Notes: generated by a model not told the origin, from the letters alone. 52,402 nucleotides of DNA from Candidatus Kapaibacterium sp. (GCA_937936035.1 CALGXJ010000040.1:1-52402); one strand, 5' to 3'. Positions 35,629-45,717 are shown, counted from the stretch's first letter. A program made the numbers and translations.

Positions 35629-36666
35629 TTATTCCACAATATATTCTTCGCCGTGAATGTCGCGACGCACTTGAATATTGCCATCGCCAAGAGCATTGCG
35701 TAAATCTTCTTCTGCCGGAGGCAGCACTTTATTATCATCCATATATTTCTTAAGTTCATCGTAAGTGATTTGCTTGTATTTGCCATCATCAGGGAAATAG
35801 AGAGTGGAAATTTGCTTAAAAATATCCACTTTAATGAGTTTTCCAACACCTTCTTCGGTTTCGATACGAGATTGAAGTTGTGGGTAGTGCTTAAATGCTT
35901 CGCTGTAAGTATCAATTTCGTAAACAAGGCAACATTTTAATCTGCCGCAGTATCCGCTAAGCTTCGCAACATTGTTGGAAAGCTGCTGCAAGCGGGCGTG
36001 TTCGAGCGTTACATGATTGAAATCAGCCAGGAAAGAAGTGCAACAAAGGTTCAGCCCGCAGGGACCGAAACCCGACCCCATTCGTTTAGTTTCTTCGCGA
36101 GTGGAAATCTGTCGCAGTTCTATTCGGGTTTTGAAGACACGGGCAAGTTCCTTGACAAGCTCGCGAAAATCAATGCGTTGCGGTGCAGTGAAATAGATAG
36201 TTAAGCGTTGGCGGTCGAGTTGCCATTCGGCTTCGGTAACCTTCATATCAAGTTTGAACTGCTCGACAAGTTCACGGGTCTTTTTCACAACGGAAGGTTC
36301 TTCGGCAGTATTGATAAAGTAGCGTTCGAGGTCTTCGTCGTCTGCTTCGCGAACCACTTTATGCTTTATGGAGCGGGCTTTGTGGCAACATCTGACACGT
36401 GCTTTAGCCGAAGCGCCGATATAGGTAACAATACCTAAATCAACTCCATTTTCGGCTTCCACGACCACTTTGTTGTCGGGCTGAATACTATCGAAGCCTG
36501 TCGAAATATAAAAACCACGCCTATTACCTTTGAAGAGAACTTCTACAATGTCTTCATTAGCAAGAATTTCCTGAATATGCTGGACATGTTCGATGATTTT
36601 GTTGTCGCCGTTTGTTCCGTTATTTGCGTGGTTTTTTCCATTTTGATTTATCTCATTTAATTCCAT
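35629..36666 (-). CDS. PSP1 domain protein (YaaT/RicT-like)
   Basis: Start at ATG 36666 (MELNEINQ...); the track's longer N-terminal extension is a low-complexity AT-rich read-through. PSP1 C-terminal signature LTIYFTAPQRIDFRELVKELARVFKTRIELRQI...GPCGLNLCCTSFL. Confidence 0.8.
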   Translation of the reverse strand: MELNEINQNGKNHANNGTNGDNKIIEHVQHIQEILANEDIVEVLFKGNRRGFYISTGFDSIQPDNKVVVEAENGVDLGIVTYIGASAKARVRCCHKARSIKHKVVREADDEDLERYFINTAEEPSVVKKTRELVEQFKLDMKVTEAEWQLDRQRLTIYFTAPQRIDFRELVKELARVFKTRIELRQISTREETKRMGSGFGPCGLNLCCTSFLADFNHVTLEHARLQQLSNNVAKLSGYCGRLKCCLVYEIDTYSEAFKHYPQLQSRIETEEGVGKLIKVDIFKQISTLYFPDDGKYKQITYDELKKYMDDNKVLPPAEEDLRNALGDGNIQVRRDIHGEEYIVE

Positions 36667-36972
36667 TAACTCTCCAAATAAAAATCTATATCTATATAAG
36701 TTAAAATAATTTAATAATAATTGAAATAAATTAACTTTTAATATACAATTTAGTTTGCAAAAAAGCAAATTTACAAAAAATGAGAGAATATTGAATGGTG
36801 TTTTGAGTTTTATGAGTTTCATAAACGAATTTTCGGGATGAGAACCTATACATTGAGAAATCATTTCAGTTAAATGTCCGGGAAATTATATGAATTTAAA
36901 TAAATAACGAAAATAAAATATTAACCTAAACGCTTTAATTTTTTAAATTTGTTGAAAACACAATGGTGAAAA

Positions 36973-37917
36973 ATGAAAATTCCTCAAATTAATCATATCA
37001 GAGAAGCTTGGGAAAGGATAAAGCCGTTTGTGCATCGGACGCCGGTACTAACTTCAGGCTATTTGAACACGCTGCTTGGTTGCGAAATTTTCTTTAAGTG
37101 CGAGAATTTTCAAAAGGTTGGAGCTTTTAAATTTCGCGGGGCAACCAATGCCTTGCTTTCGGCTACGGCAGAGGAACTCCGAAACGGCGTTGCAACGCAC
37201 TCATCCGGCAATCACGCACAGGCTCTGGCGCTGGCAGCTAAGATGCTCGGCACAAAAGCGACAATTATTATGCCGCACAATTCCCCAAGCGTCAAAAAGA
37301 ATGCAGTAGCTGGCTATGGTGCCGATATTATTCTGTGTGAGCCCACACTCGAAAGCCGGGAGTGCACATTGCGGGAGTTTGTAAGCCAAAGCGGGGCACT
37401 TTTTGTGCATCCATACGACAATTTCAATATTATTTGCGGTCAGGGCACTGCAGCACTTGAACTTATCGACGAAGTCGGGACGCTCGATTCAGTTATTGCG
37501 CCGGTTGGCGGTGGCGGGCTAATCTCGGGCACTTCTATTGCTGTAAAATCGCTGCTACCTAAGGCAAAGGTCTATGGTGCCGAGCCATCGGGAGCCGACG
37601 ATGCGGCTCGCTCGTTGCACGAGGGCTCGAGAGTTACGCAAACTGTTCCGAATACCGTTGCGGACGGCCTTCGCACAACGCTTTCCGAACTCACGTTTTC
37701 AATCATCAGGCAAAATGTGGATGATATTATTACTATAGACGACGAAAAAATCATTTCTTCGATGAGATTAATCTGGGAGAGGATGAAAATTATTGTCGAG
37801 CCATCATCGGCAACAGCACTTGCGGCGGTTATAGCAGAAAAAGAACGCTTCGCTGGCACTCGCATCGGAATAATTCTCTCCGGAGGAAATGTTGATTTGG
37901 ACAATCTTCCGTGGTAG
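36973..37917 (+). CDS. PLP-dependent threonine/serine dehydratase-family enzyme (serine racemase / threo-3-hydroxyaspartate lyase-like)
   Basis: PLP-lysine motif FKCENFQKVGAFKFRGA, SSGNHAQ, and the glycine loop PVGGGGLISG. 314 aa with no ACT domain. Confidence 0.85.
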   Translation: MKIPQINHIREAWERIKPFVHRTPVLTSGYLNTLLGCEIFFKCENFQKVGAFKFRGATNALLSATAEELRNGVATHSSGNHAQALALAAKMLGTKATIIMPHNSPSVKKNAVAGYGADIILCEPTLESRECTLREFVSQSGALFVHPYDNFNIICGQGTAALELIDEVGTLDSVIAPVGGGGLISGTSIAVKSLLPKAKVYGAEPSGADDAARSLHEGSRVTQTVPNTVADGLRTTLSELTFSIIRQNVDDIITIDDEKIISSMRLIWERMKIIVEPSSATALAAVIAEKERFAGTRIGIILSGGNVDLDNLPW

Positions 37918-37920
37918 CCA

Positions 37921-38478
37921 ATGACTTTGCTGGAAATATTTTTTCTATCGTTTGTGCTGGGATTGGATGCTTTTAGCGTTGCTATTGCTGCCGGGGCGTT
38001 TTTTCGCAAAGCCACAAGGAGACAAAAATTCCGACTTTCTTTCCACTTCGGTTTCTTCCAGTTTATTATGCCTTTGGTCGGCTGGGCAATTGGAATAAAC
38101 ATTTTAAAATTTATTGAAAAATATGACCATTGGGTAGTATTTGCAATTCTTGTGGCACTTGGACTGAAAATGATTTGGGAAGGCAGGAAGGTAAGCAGTG
38201 AAGCAATCAGCAAAGATATTTCGAAAGGTTTTTATTTAATCACACTTGCAATAGCAACAAGTGTAGATGCACTTGCGATTGGTTTCGGTCTTGCATTGCT
38301 GAATGTGCATATATTTTTCGTAAGTCTGATAATCGGGTTAGTTGCCGCTGCAATGACGCTGATTGGCATACGGATAGGCGAACGCACTTCTTCGATATTC
38401 AACACAAAAGCCTTTATTTTCGGTGGAATTATTCTTATTTTGCTTGGGGTGAAAGTTTTGTTTGAGCATATACTTTAA
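37921..38478 (+). CDS. mntP: Manganese efflux pump MntP
   Basis: 185-aa, 6-TM protein with duplicated LGLDAFSVAIAAG / TSVDALAIGFGL motifs. Confidence 0.8.
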   Translation: MTLLEIFFLSFVLGLDAFSVAIAAGAFFRKATRRQKFRLSFHFGFFQFIMPLVGWAIGINILKFIEKYDHWVVFAILVALGLKMIWEGRKVSSEAISKDISKGFYLITLAIATSVDALAIGFGLALLNVHIFFVSLIIGLVAAAMTLIGIRIGERTSSIFNTKAFIFGGIILILLGVKVLFEHIL

Positions 38479-40689
38479 ATGAAAAAAGAGCAGATTTCAG
38501 ATTTGCAGTATCTCAAAGGTGTTGGTCCGAAGCGGGCAAAAGCACTCAACGAAAGCGGAATAATAACTATCAAGGATTTAGTTTATTATTTCCCACGCTC
38601 GTATATAGCTCGCGACGAAGCCAAAACGATAAATCAGATTTTTCGAGAAATTGCAGAAGCGCAGAATTCTCAATCTCAGCAGTTTTTCGATTTCACCCTG
38701 CAAAAAGAATATACCTTGATATGCAAGATAACAATGAAGCAAGTGCGGCAATTTTCCCGCAAAAAACTACTGCAACTTACAATCTACGACGGTTCTTCCC
38801 GATATGGGAGAATAAATTTTTGGAATAGAATTGAATTTTTTGAGAAAATTTATCAATCGGGACAGTATATTGTGGTTTCGGGAGTTCCGGAAATTGATTA
38901 TTCTGTGCTTACGTTTACACACCCGGAGATAGAAATAATCGAACCTGACGAAATGGAGAATTTTCAGAAAGGTGCAATACTGCCGAAATACAGAATATCG
39001 GACGCAATGCGGCGAGCAGGCATAACGATGAACCAGATACGCTCAATTATACGCAATGCAATTGCGAATTTCAAAGAGTTCGAGGAAAGTTTGCCACAGA
39101 AGTATTTAGATTTGTTGAAATTCCCATCGGTATATGATACAATCCGGGCTTTGCATTTTCCCAAATCGCCTGATGAATTGTCGGCTGCACGCTACAGAAT
39201 CAAATTTGAGGAATTTTTCTTCTACCAGCTACTGCTCAATTTGAACAAAAAGAAAATTCAAACGACGGAGCGTGGAGTAACAATTCCGGCGAAAAGCAAT
39301 TTGGCGCGAACGCTCTACAACTCGTTGCCGTTTAGCCTGACGAACGCACAAAAGCGTGTAATTCGAGAGATTTGCGATGATTTCTGGTCGGGACGCCCGA
39401 TGAATCGTTTGCTTCAGGGAGATGTAGGCTCGGGAAAAACTATTGTGGCACTGCTTACGATGCTTATCGCAATTGATGCCGGCTATCAGGTTGCAATTAT
39501 GGCACCGACTGAAATATTGGCAGAGCAGCACTTTCTTTCGTTCAAAAAATTCATTGAGAATGCTACTCTAAACGTTGAAATAGTTCAGGTGGTTAGCGGG
39601 CAGAAAGCGTCTTTGCGGCGAAAACTTTTCGATGATATTGCTACGGGCAGAGCAAAAATTATTGTAGGCACTCATGCACTTTTCCAGAACGATATTCCGT
39701 TTAATAAACTTGCGTATGTAATAATCGACGAACAGCATAGATTTGGGGTAAGCCAGAGAGCTGAACTAATCGAAATTGCCAGAAAATCGCTTGGGGAAGA
39801 AATCTTAAGCCCGCATATTCTTGTAATGTCTGCTACTCCAATTCCGCGAACTCTTACGATGACTGCCTACGGAGAACTTGATGTTTCCGTCATCAGCGAA
39901 CTACCGAAAAACCGCAAACCAATTCTTACGAAAGTGGCTTTCGACGATACACGGGATGAAATTTATGCATTCATTCGAAGTGAAATCAACAAAGGACGTC
40001 AGGCGTATATTGTTTATCCTCTGGTGGAGAAATCCGAGAAATTAGAACTGAAAGCTGCAACAGAGCATTTTAAATTTATACAAAAGGAAGTTTTTCCTGA
40101 ATTTGCTTGCGGTTTGCTACACGGTCAGATGTTTTGGTATGAGAAGGAAGAAGCAATGCAAAAATTTGCTGGCGGAGAGTTTCAGATACTTGTTGCAACG
40201 ACAGTAATTGAAGTTGGGATTGATGTTCCGAATGCAACGATTATGCTAATTGAGGATGCCGAGCGATTTGGGCTGTCGCAATTGCATCAGTTGCGAGGAC
40301 GTGTCGGTCGCGGTAGCGAGCAATCTTACTGCATATTGCTAACAAAAGACAAATATAAAAGCAAGATGAAAAATATAGACGAAAACGAGCGGCTTGCGGC
40401 GCTAGTTCGTTTGCGGACAATGGAGAGGACAAACAACGGATTTGAAATTGCTGAAGTGGACTTGAAATTGCGCGGTCCGGGCGATATTCTTGGCAAACGG
40501 CAATCGGGATTGCCAGAGTTTAAGTATGCCGATATTGTGGAGGATCGAGAGATCCTCGAAGTGGCTCGTTCTTTTGCAGCAAAGATAATTGAGGACGACC
40601 CAAATCTTTCGAAAAGCGAAAACAGCCTTTTGAAAAATCGGATCGAGCAAAAGTTCAGTTCGTCGGAGAACTACTATGGTATTGCCTAA
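38479..40689 (+). CDS. recG: ATP-dependent DNA helicase RecG
   Basis: N-terminal LKGVGPKRAKAL...YFPRSY, wedge domain, Walker A GDVGSGKT, DEQH box, and the TRG-region QLHQLRGRVGRG. Confidence 0.93.
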   Translation: MKKEQISDLQYLKGVGPKRAKALNESGIITIKDLVYYFPRSYIARDEAKTINQIFREIAEAQNSQSQQFFDFTLQKEYTLICKITMKQVRQFSRKKLLQLTIYDGSSRYGRINFWNRIEFFEKIYQSGQYIVVSGVPEIDYSVLTFTHPEIEIIEPDEMENFQKGAILPKYRISDAMRRAGITMNQIRSIIRNAIANFKEFEESLPQKYLDLLKFPSVYDTIRALHFPKSPDELSAARYRIKFEEFFFYQLLLNLNKKKIQTTERGVTIPAKSNLARTLYNSLPFSLTNAQKRVIREICDDFWSGRPMNRLLQGDVGSGKTIVALLTMLIAIDAGYQVAIMAPTEILAEQHFLSFKKFIENATLNVEIVQVVSGQKASLRRKLFDDIATGRAKIIVGTHALFQNDIPFNKLAYVIIDEQHRFGVSQRAELIEIARKSLGEEILSPHILVMSATPIPRTLTMTAYGELDVSVISELPKNRKPILTKVAFDDTRDEIYAFIRSEINKGRQAYIVYPLVEKSEKLELKAATEHFKFIQKEVFPEFACGLLHGQMFWYEKEEAMQKFAGGEFQILVATTVIEVGIDVPNATIMLIEDAERFGLSQLHQLRGRVGRGSEQSYCILLTKDKYKSKMKNIDENERLAALVRLRTMERTNNGFEIAEVDLKLRGPGDILGKRQSGLPEFKYADIVEDREILEVARSFAAKIIEDDPNLSKSENSLLKNRIEQKFSSSENYYGIA

Positions 40690-41318
40690 CGCAGCAACCA
40701 TTCTTTGATTTTCGAGACGAATGCCTGTTCTTCGAATTGGCAATGGTCGTATTTGCCGGCAAGCAGTCGCTGTCGAAATGCTTCGTAGATGCTCACGGCA
40801 CAAGCAACAGAAATATTAAGGCTTTGAATCATACCGACCTGCGGGATAAGAAAATTGTCATCGGCAAGTCCGACTGCCTCGTCGGATACGCCCGAGTGCT
40901 CGTTGCCAAATACTAGAGCAACCTTTTGCGTTAAATCAAGTTCGTAGAGCGAAATGGCATCTTTTGCAAGATGAGTTGTATAAATTTTGAAGTCTTGCTG
41001 TCGTAGGAAGTTGTAGCATTCCCCGATAGAGCGGAATTTCAGAGTTTCGACCCATTTTCTGGCGCTTGCCGAGCTTGATTGGCCGAGAGCAGGGAAGGGC
41101 TGTCCCGAATGATACACAAGGCATATGCGGGCAATACCGACTGCGTCGCAACTGCGCAACATAGCTGAAAGATTGTGTGGGTCGGAAATGTTTTCAGCAA
41201 CAACAGTCAAATCGAGTTGGCGGCGGCTGAGAACGCTAGCAATTTTATTTACTCGTTGTTCAGTTCCAAATTTATAAGCTTCAGAAATATTCATAATCGT
41301 CAAATTAAAATTTCGCAC
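40686..41318 (-). CDS. SpoU/TrmH-family RNA 2'-O-methyltransferase
   Basis: SpoU motifs: NISDPHNLSAMLRSCDAVG, LVFGNEHSGVS, IPQVGMIQSLNISVACAVSIYE. The stop overlaps the recG stop convergently. Confidence 0.8.
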   Translation of the reverse strand: MRNFNLTIMNISEAYKFGTEQRVNKIASVLSRRQLDLTVVAENISDPHNLSAMLRSCDAVGIARICLVYHSGQPFPALGQSSSASARKWVETLKFRSIGECYNFLRQQDFKIYTTHLAKDAISLYELDLTQKVALVFGNEHSGVSDEAVGLADDNFLIPQVGMIQSLNISVACAVSIYEAFRQRLLAGKYDHCQFEEQAFVSKIKEWLLR

Positions 41319-41580
41319 ATAAATCGTTTATATTGCAATTTTGCCTGCAGGACGATAAATTCATCGCAACTGTCCGAAAAAATTCAATAGCGGGCAAATA
41401 TGAAGGTCGTTTTTTTGCATTCCAGGTAAAAAATTTTATCAAAAAATTGCGTTTTTGAAACGAATATTTATTTTTTATATTATTCCTGATTGTCAGAATT
41501 ACAAAATTCATAATCGCATAAATTAATCTTGTTAATAAAATATTGTTTCTTAAAAATCAGATTATTCAGGAACAATCAAA

Positions 41581-42135
41581 TTAATTACCGTAGGTAATAT
41601 CTTTTTTTATTTGTTCAGCAGTTTCTTTGCTTTGCAGCAGTTCGATTATTTTCAGAGCGAAATCAATACTTGTGCCGGCACCGCGACTTGTGATGAATCG
41701 GTCGTGAACAACAACCGCTTCTTCGGAATAATCATATCCGACCAGCATTTCGCGCACCGACGGGTGGGCGGCAACATTAGAACCTTTTGGCAGCAGCTTG
41801 TGTTGGGTTAGTATGGTAGGAGCGGCACAAATAGCACCAATCCAGCCACCACGTTCATAATGATTGCGAAGAAGTTTTTCTAATTTTTCGTTGTTCAGCA
41901 GGTTCAGAGTGCCTGTGCGTCCGCCGGGAAGAATGATAATATCGAATTCTACGTCTCGGTTGAGTTGCTCAATAAGCAAATCTGGAATAATTTTTACACC
42001 GCGCGAGCAAGTAATAATTTCGGTTTCGCCGGCAATTTTTACGTTGAAATTTGCACGCCGCAATAAATCAGCAGGGGCAATTGCTTCGATTTCTTCTGTT
42101 CCCTGAGCTATAGTTATTAATGCAGTTCTGCTCAT
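41581..42135 (-). CDS. DJ-1/PfpI (ThiJ/YajL) family protein
   Basis: Nucleophile elbow GAICAAP, ILPGG, 184 aa. 4-nt overlap with cdsA. Confidence 0.85.
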   Translation of the reverse strand: MSRTALITIAQGTEEIEAIAPADLLRRANFNVKIAGETEIITCSRGVKIIPDLLIEQLNRDVEFDIIILPGGRTGTLNLLNNEKLEKLLRNHYERGGWIGAICAAPTILTQHKLLPKGSNVAAHPSVREMLVGYDYSEEAVVVHDRFITSRGAGTSIDFALKIIELLQSKETAEQIKKDITYGN

Positions 42136-43061
42136 ATTCCCAAATCAAAAAATATAACAAAACACAAGTAAATAAAGTAAGACGGAGAAACAAACAAAAT
42201 ACTGTCGAACCTATCGAGCGCACCACCGTGTCCGGGCAAAATATTGGAGCTATCTTTGACGGCGGCGTCGCGTTTAAGCATAGATTCTGCTAAATCGCCA
42301 TACTGACCTAACACCCCGACAATAGCTCCGCCAACGATAAAATGCACAACCGGGATTTCCGGCAAAAACAATTTTCCAAGTCCGACAAACGACAAAACAG
42401 CAAACACAAAGCCTGCAACAGATCCTTCGATTGTTTTTTTGGGGCTTATTCGCTCGAAAAGCTTATGCTTGCCAATAGCTTTGCCAATAAAATATGCAGC
42501 ACTATCGCACAGCCAGATAGAACCAAGCAAAGTAATAATAAGGTAAGCCCATCTATCGGGCGGAATTTTCAGCAGTATCGAAAGAAGAGTGAAATCACGC
42601 CCAAATGCGTATGATTTTGCGTGAGTATCGAACAAATACAGGAAATAATTAAATTCGCGCAGTATGTAGAATGTAATAAAAAATATTGATATATAAGACA
42701 TTCCAAGAATTGTAACAGCTGCATTTGCTATTTTATTCGGGTTCTTTGAGTACATTTCGCAAATCAGAGTAATCATAACAAAAATCAGATAAATCAGGAT
42801 AGCCGACATAAACGGACTTAGATTGCTAATACGGCTAAACTGAATAAAGAACACCGACTGAATGATAATTCCGAAAATCGCTCCATTTATGTTGTGCGGA
42901 GCATATCCTTTCTTTTCCGCAAGGGAATAGAACTCTAACAGCGAAAGCAAAGAAACAACTGAAATAGTAATAAAAAACGGGAATCCGCCTAATATAATAA
43001 TAAATAATGCAAACGGTATCCCAATTGCAGCGACAAGAACTCTTTTGGTCAATTCATTCAT
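42132..43061 (-). CDS. cdsA: Phosphatidate cytidylyltransferase
   Basis: Polytopic protein with the CDS signature SMLKRDAAVKDSSNILPGHGGALDRFDS. Confidence 0.9.
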   Translation of the reverse strand: MNELTKRVLVAAIGIPFALFIIILGGFPFFITISVVSLLSLLEFYSLAEKKGYAPHNINGAIFGIIIQSVFFIQFSRISNLSPFMSAILIYLIFVMITLICEMYSKNPNKIANAAVTILGMSYISIFFITFYILREFNYFLYLFDTHAKSYAFGRDFTLLSILLKIPPDRWAYLIITLLGSIWLCDSAAYFIGKAIGKHKLFERISPKKTIEGSVAGFVFAVLSFVGLGKLFLPEIPVVHFIVGGAIVGVLGQYGDLAESMLKRDAAVKDSSNILPGHGGALDRFDSILFVSPSYFIYLCFVIFFDLGI

Positions 43062-43263
43062 ATTCAGGCAAAATAATTATTGGATAAAAATTCAAATTTA
43101 TTTCTTACTCGATAAATTTTTATCGGTAAATTCAAATATAATCAAAAATTATTATAAATATAAACGTCGATCAATAATAATTTCGTAAATATATTGAAAA
43201 TTTATTGAAAAAAAACAATAAATACTTAAATTTGCTAAATTTTCACTTTAATTGGAGAAAGCT

Positions 43264-45138
43264 ATGAAAGTTGAAGAGATTCAGAAGTATATCAAGGACA
43301 TAGAGTTATTCAAAGACCTCAGCGACGAAGAAATATCAATGATAGCAGCAAAAGCGGAGATCCGGAAGATCAAAAAAGGCGAAAAGCTATTCGAGGAGAA
43401 CGCACCACGCACACATTTGTATATGATAGCTGACGGAGAAATTGAGCTTGTCAAGAACACAACTTTTGGAAGCGAGAAAATCCTGACAGTTTTCACTAAG
43501 TATGATTTTTTAGGTGAAGGAGCGTTGATGGACGACTATCCGCACTCGACATCGGCAAGAGCGTCTGTAGATAGCGTAATCATCCAGCTACATCGAGAGA
43601 AGCTAAATGAGCTTATGCAATCGCAGGCTCAAGCAGTAGTGAAAATTCTGTCGCGAGTGGCAAGAGTGATTTCTCGACGGATGCGACAAACCACAAATCA
43701 GGTGGCAGATGCAGCTGCCCAGTATATTTCGGGACGTACCCGTCGCGAACACGACTTGCTAGGCTGGCGGGAAGTGCCGTATGAATTTTATTATGGCATT
43801 CAAACGCTACGTGGTTATGAAAATTTCAATATCACAGGAGTTGCTATATCGCATTATCCATTGCTGATAAAGGCTTTGGCACAAGTGAAGCTAGCAGCAG
43901 CGAAAGCAAATTTTGCACTAGGGCTGCTTCCCCCACGAATGGCAGAAGCGATTTTCGAAGCTTGCGAAGAAATTATACACGGCAAATGGCACACTCATTT
44001 CATCGTTGATGTAATCCAGGGCGGTGCTGGAACTTCAACAAATATGAACGCCAACGAAGTAATTGCAAACCGTGCTCTTGAAATAATGGGCTACGAACGT
44101 GGCGACTACGAGCATTGCCATCCGAATAACCATATTAATCTTTCGCAATCGACAAACGACGCATACCCGACGGCATTGAACATTGCTATTATTTATGAAA
44201 GCCAAAATTTAGTGGAAGCGCTCAAAGAACTTATTGCTTCGTTCCGCAACAAGTCGAAAGAGTTTTCGCAGGTTATCAAAATGGGACGAACTCAGTTGCA
44301 GGATGCTGTTCCTATGACGCTCGGACAAGAGTTTGGAGCATTTGCTGATACTCTGGAAGAAGAAATTCAGCGTCTCGAAGCAAATGCCCGGTTACTGCTC
44401 GAAGTGAATATGGGCGGAACAGCAATTGGAACCGGTATTAATGCAGACCCGAAATTCCGCGAGACAGTAATTCAATATCTTTGGGAAATAACAGGTTTGC
44501 CTGTGAAATCGGCATCAAATTTAGTTGAAGCAACGCAGGATACCGGAGCATTTGTTATTTTCTCGTCGGCGGTAAAACGTCTTGCGATAAAATTATCGAA
44601 AATTTGCAACGATTTGCGTCTGTTGAGCTCGGGACCGCGTGCCGGACTTAACGAAATAAACCTGCCACCGATGCAGCCGGGCTCATCTATTATGCCGGGC
44701 AAGGTGAATCCTGTTATTCCGGAAGTTGTAAATCAAATTGCCTTCAAGGTGATAGGCAACGACCTGACGGTAACTATGGCAGCCGAAGCGGGGCAGTTGC
44801 AATTGAACGTTATGGAGCCGGTAATTGCTCAAAGTATATTTGAATCTATGGAAATGCTTATAAATGGTATAAAAACGCTTAAATTACGTTGTATTGATGG
44901 TATTACTGCTAACGTGGAAAGGTGTCGCGCTTATGTTGAGAACAGTATTGGATTGGTTACGGCACTTAATCCATACATTGGCTACGAGGCAAGTTCTGCA
45001 CTTGCAAAAGAGGCTCTCGAAACAAATCGTGGAATATACGAGCTCGTTTTAGAGAAAAACTTACTTACAAAAGAGCAACTTGACGAAATTCTCTCACCAG
45101 AAAATATGATTGAACCTAAGCCACTGAAAAAAAGATAG
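43264..45138 (+). CDS. aspA: Aspartate ammonia-lyase with an N-terminal cyclic-nucleotide-binding-like domain (fusion)
   Basis: ATG at 43264 preceded by GGAG (43254-43257). aa ~10-135 form a CNB-like fold (LFKDLSDEE...GEKLFEE...YMIADGEIEL...FLGEGALMDDYPHSTSARA). From ~43738 it aligns by eye with E. coli AspA (EHDLLGWREVPYEFYYGIQTLRG.ENF, QGGAGTSTNMNANEV, SQSTNDAYPT, signature GSSIMPGKVNPVIPE). Confidence 0.88.
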   Translation: MKVEEIQKYIKDIELFKDLSDEEISMIAAKAEIRKIKKGEKLFEENAPRTHLYMIADGEIELVKNTTFGSEKILTVFTKYDFLGEGALMDDYPHSTSARASVDSVIIQLHREKLNELMQSQAQAVVKILSRVARVISRRMRQTTNQVADAAAQYISGRTRREHDLLGWREVPYEFYYGIQTLRGYENFNITGVAISHYPLLIKALAQVKLAAAKANFALGLLPPRMAEAIFEACEEIIHGKWHTHFIVDVIQGGAGTSTNMNANEVIANRALEIMGYERGDYEHCHPNNHINLSQSTNDAYPTALNIAIIYESQNLVEALKELIASFRNKSKEFSQVIKMGRTQLQDAVPMTLGQEFGAFADTLEEEIQRLEANARLLLEVNMGGTAIGTGINADPKFRETVIQYLWEITGLPVKSASNLVEATQDTGAFVIFSSAVKRLAIKLSKICNDLRLLSSGPRAGLNEINLPPMQPGSSIMPGKVNPVIPEVVNQIAFKVIGNDLTVTMAAEAGQLQLNVMEPVIAQSIFESMEMLINGIKTLKLRCIDGITANVERCRAYVENSIGLVTALNPYIGYEASSALAKEALETNRGIYELVLEKNLLTKEQLDEILSPENMIEPKPLKKR

Positions 45139-45165
45139 TTATTATTTTTGAATATACATAACAAC

Positions 45166-45195
45166 AAGAGGTTGCTTTCTATTGAGCAACCTCTT
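45166..45195. terminator. Bidirectional hairpin terminator between the convergent aspA-fusion and NifX-like genes
   Basis: Perfect 11-bp stem AAGAGGTTGCT/AGCAACCTCTT with an 8-nt loop, followed by TGTTTAATT on the + strand and by T-rich sequence on the - strand. Confidence 0.7.
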
Positions 45196-45213
45196 TGTTT
45201 AATTATCGCATCA

Positions 45214-45603
45214 TTAATTATTGCAAATGTGATGATGTCCGCCATTGTGGTGATGTTCGTGTTTCTGACAAACCGAGCCATCATCATTTACCAGACCTTT
45301 AACAAATTGCTTGACAATTTCCGAAGAATTGCCAGAGCAACCTCGAACAACTTCAATGCCGGCGCCATTGAGAACGTTAATAGCTCCGCTACCAATTCCA
45401 CCGGCAAGCATAAGGGAAACCCCGCTTTGTGCTAATGTAACAGCAATATTTGATTTGCATCCGCAACCTTGCTCTGACTTAATTCTTTGAATTTCAACAA
45501 TTTCATTGTTGTCCGAAATAGTGTAAACGTTGTAGAACTCGCAATGCCCGAAATGTTCGTCAATCTGGTCATCGCTTCTTACTGGAACTGCAATCTTTTT
45601 CAT
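45214..45603 (-). CDS. NifB/NifX/NifY-domain (dinitrogenase FeMo-cofactor-binding fold) protein with a His-rich C-terminal tail
   Basis: MKKIAVPV...DEHFGHCEFY...MLAGGIGSGAINVLNGAGIEV is the typical PF02579 pattern. The tail is CQKHEHHHNGGHHHICNN. An alternative start 12 nt upstream (45615) is possible. Confidence 0.7.
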   Translation of the reverse strand: MKKIAVPVRSDDQIDEHFGHCEFYNVYTISDNNEIVEIQRIKSEQGCGCKSNIAVTLAQSGVSLMLAGGIGSGAINVLNGAGIEVVRGCSGNSSEIVKQFVKGLVNDDGSVCQKHEHHHNGGHHHICNN

Positions 45604-45717
45604 TCTAATCTCCAATAATTAATTCGAAAAATATTCAAATACATTTCCAAAATTAATTAATGATCTTAATTTAGCAAAGCCTAAAAATTAATATTTATAT
45701 ATTTCTCAGTTATTAGA

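Noticed and set aside
37918-37920. Mn-responsive yybP-ykoY riboswitch ahead of mntP.
   Set aside because: Only 3 nt separate mntP from the preceding gene, so there is no room for a leader.
43110-43125. CGATAAA-TT-TTTATCG inverted repeat in the cdsA/aspA-fusion divergent promoter, as a candidate operator.
   Set aside because: It has 7-bp AT-rich arms in a ~190-bp AT-rich spacer, so it is plausible by chance, and I saw no second copy elsewhere.
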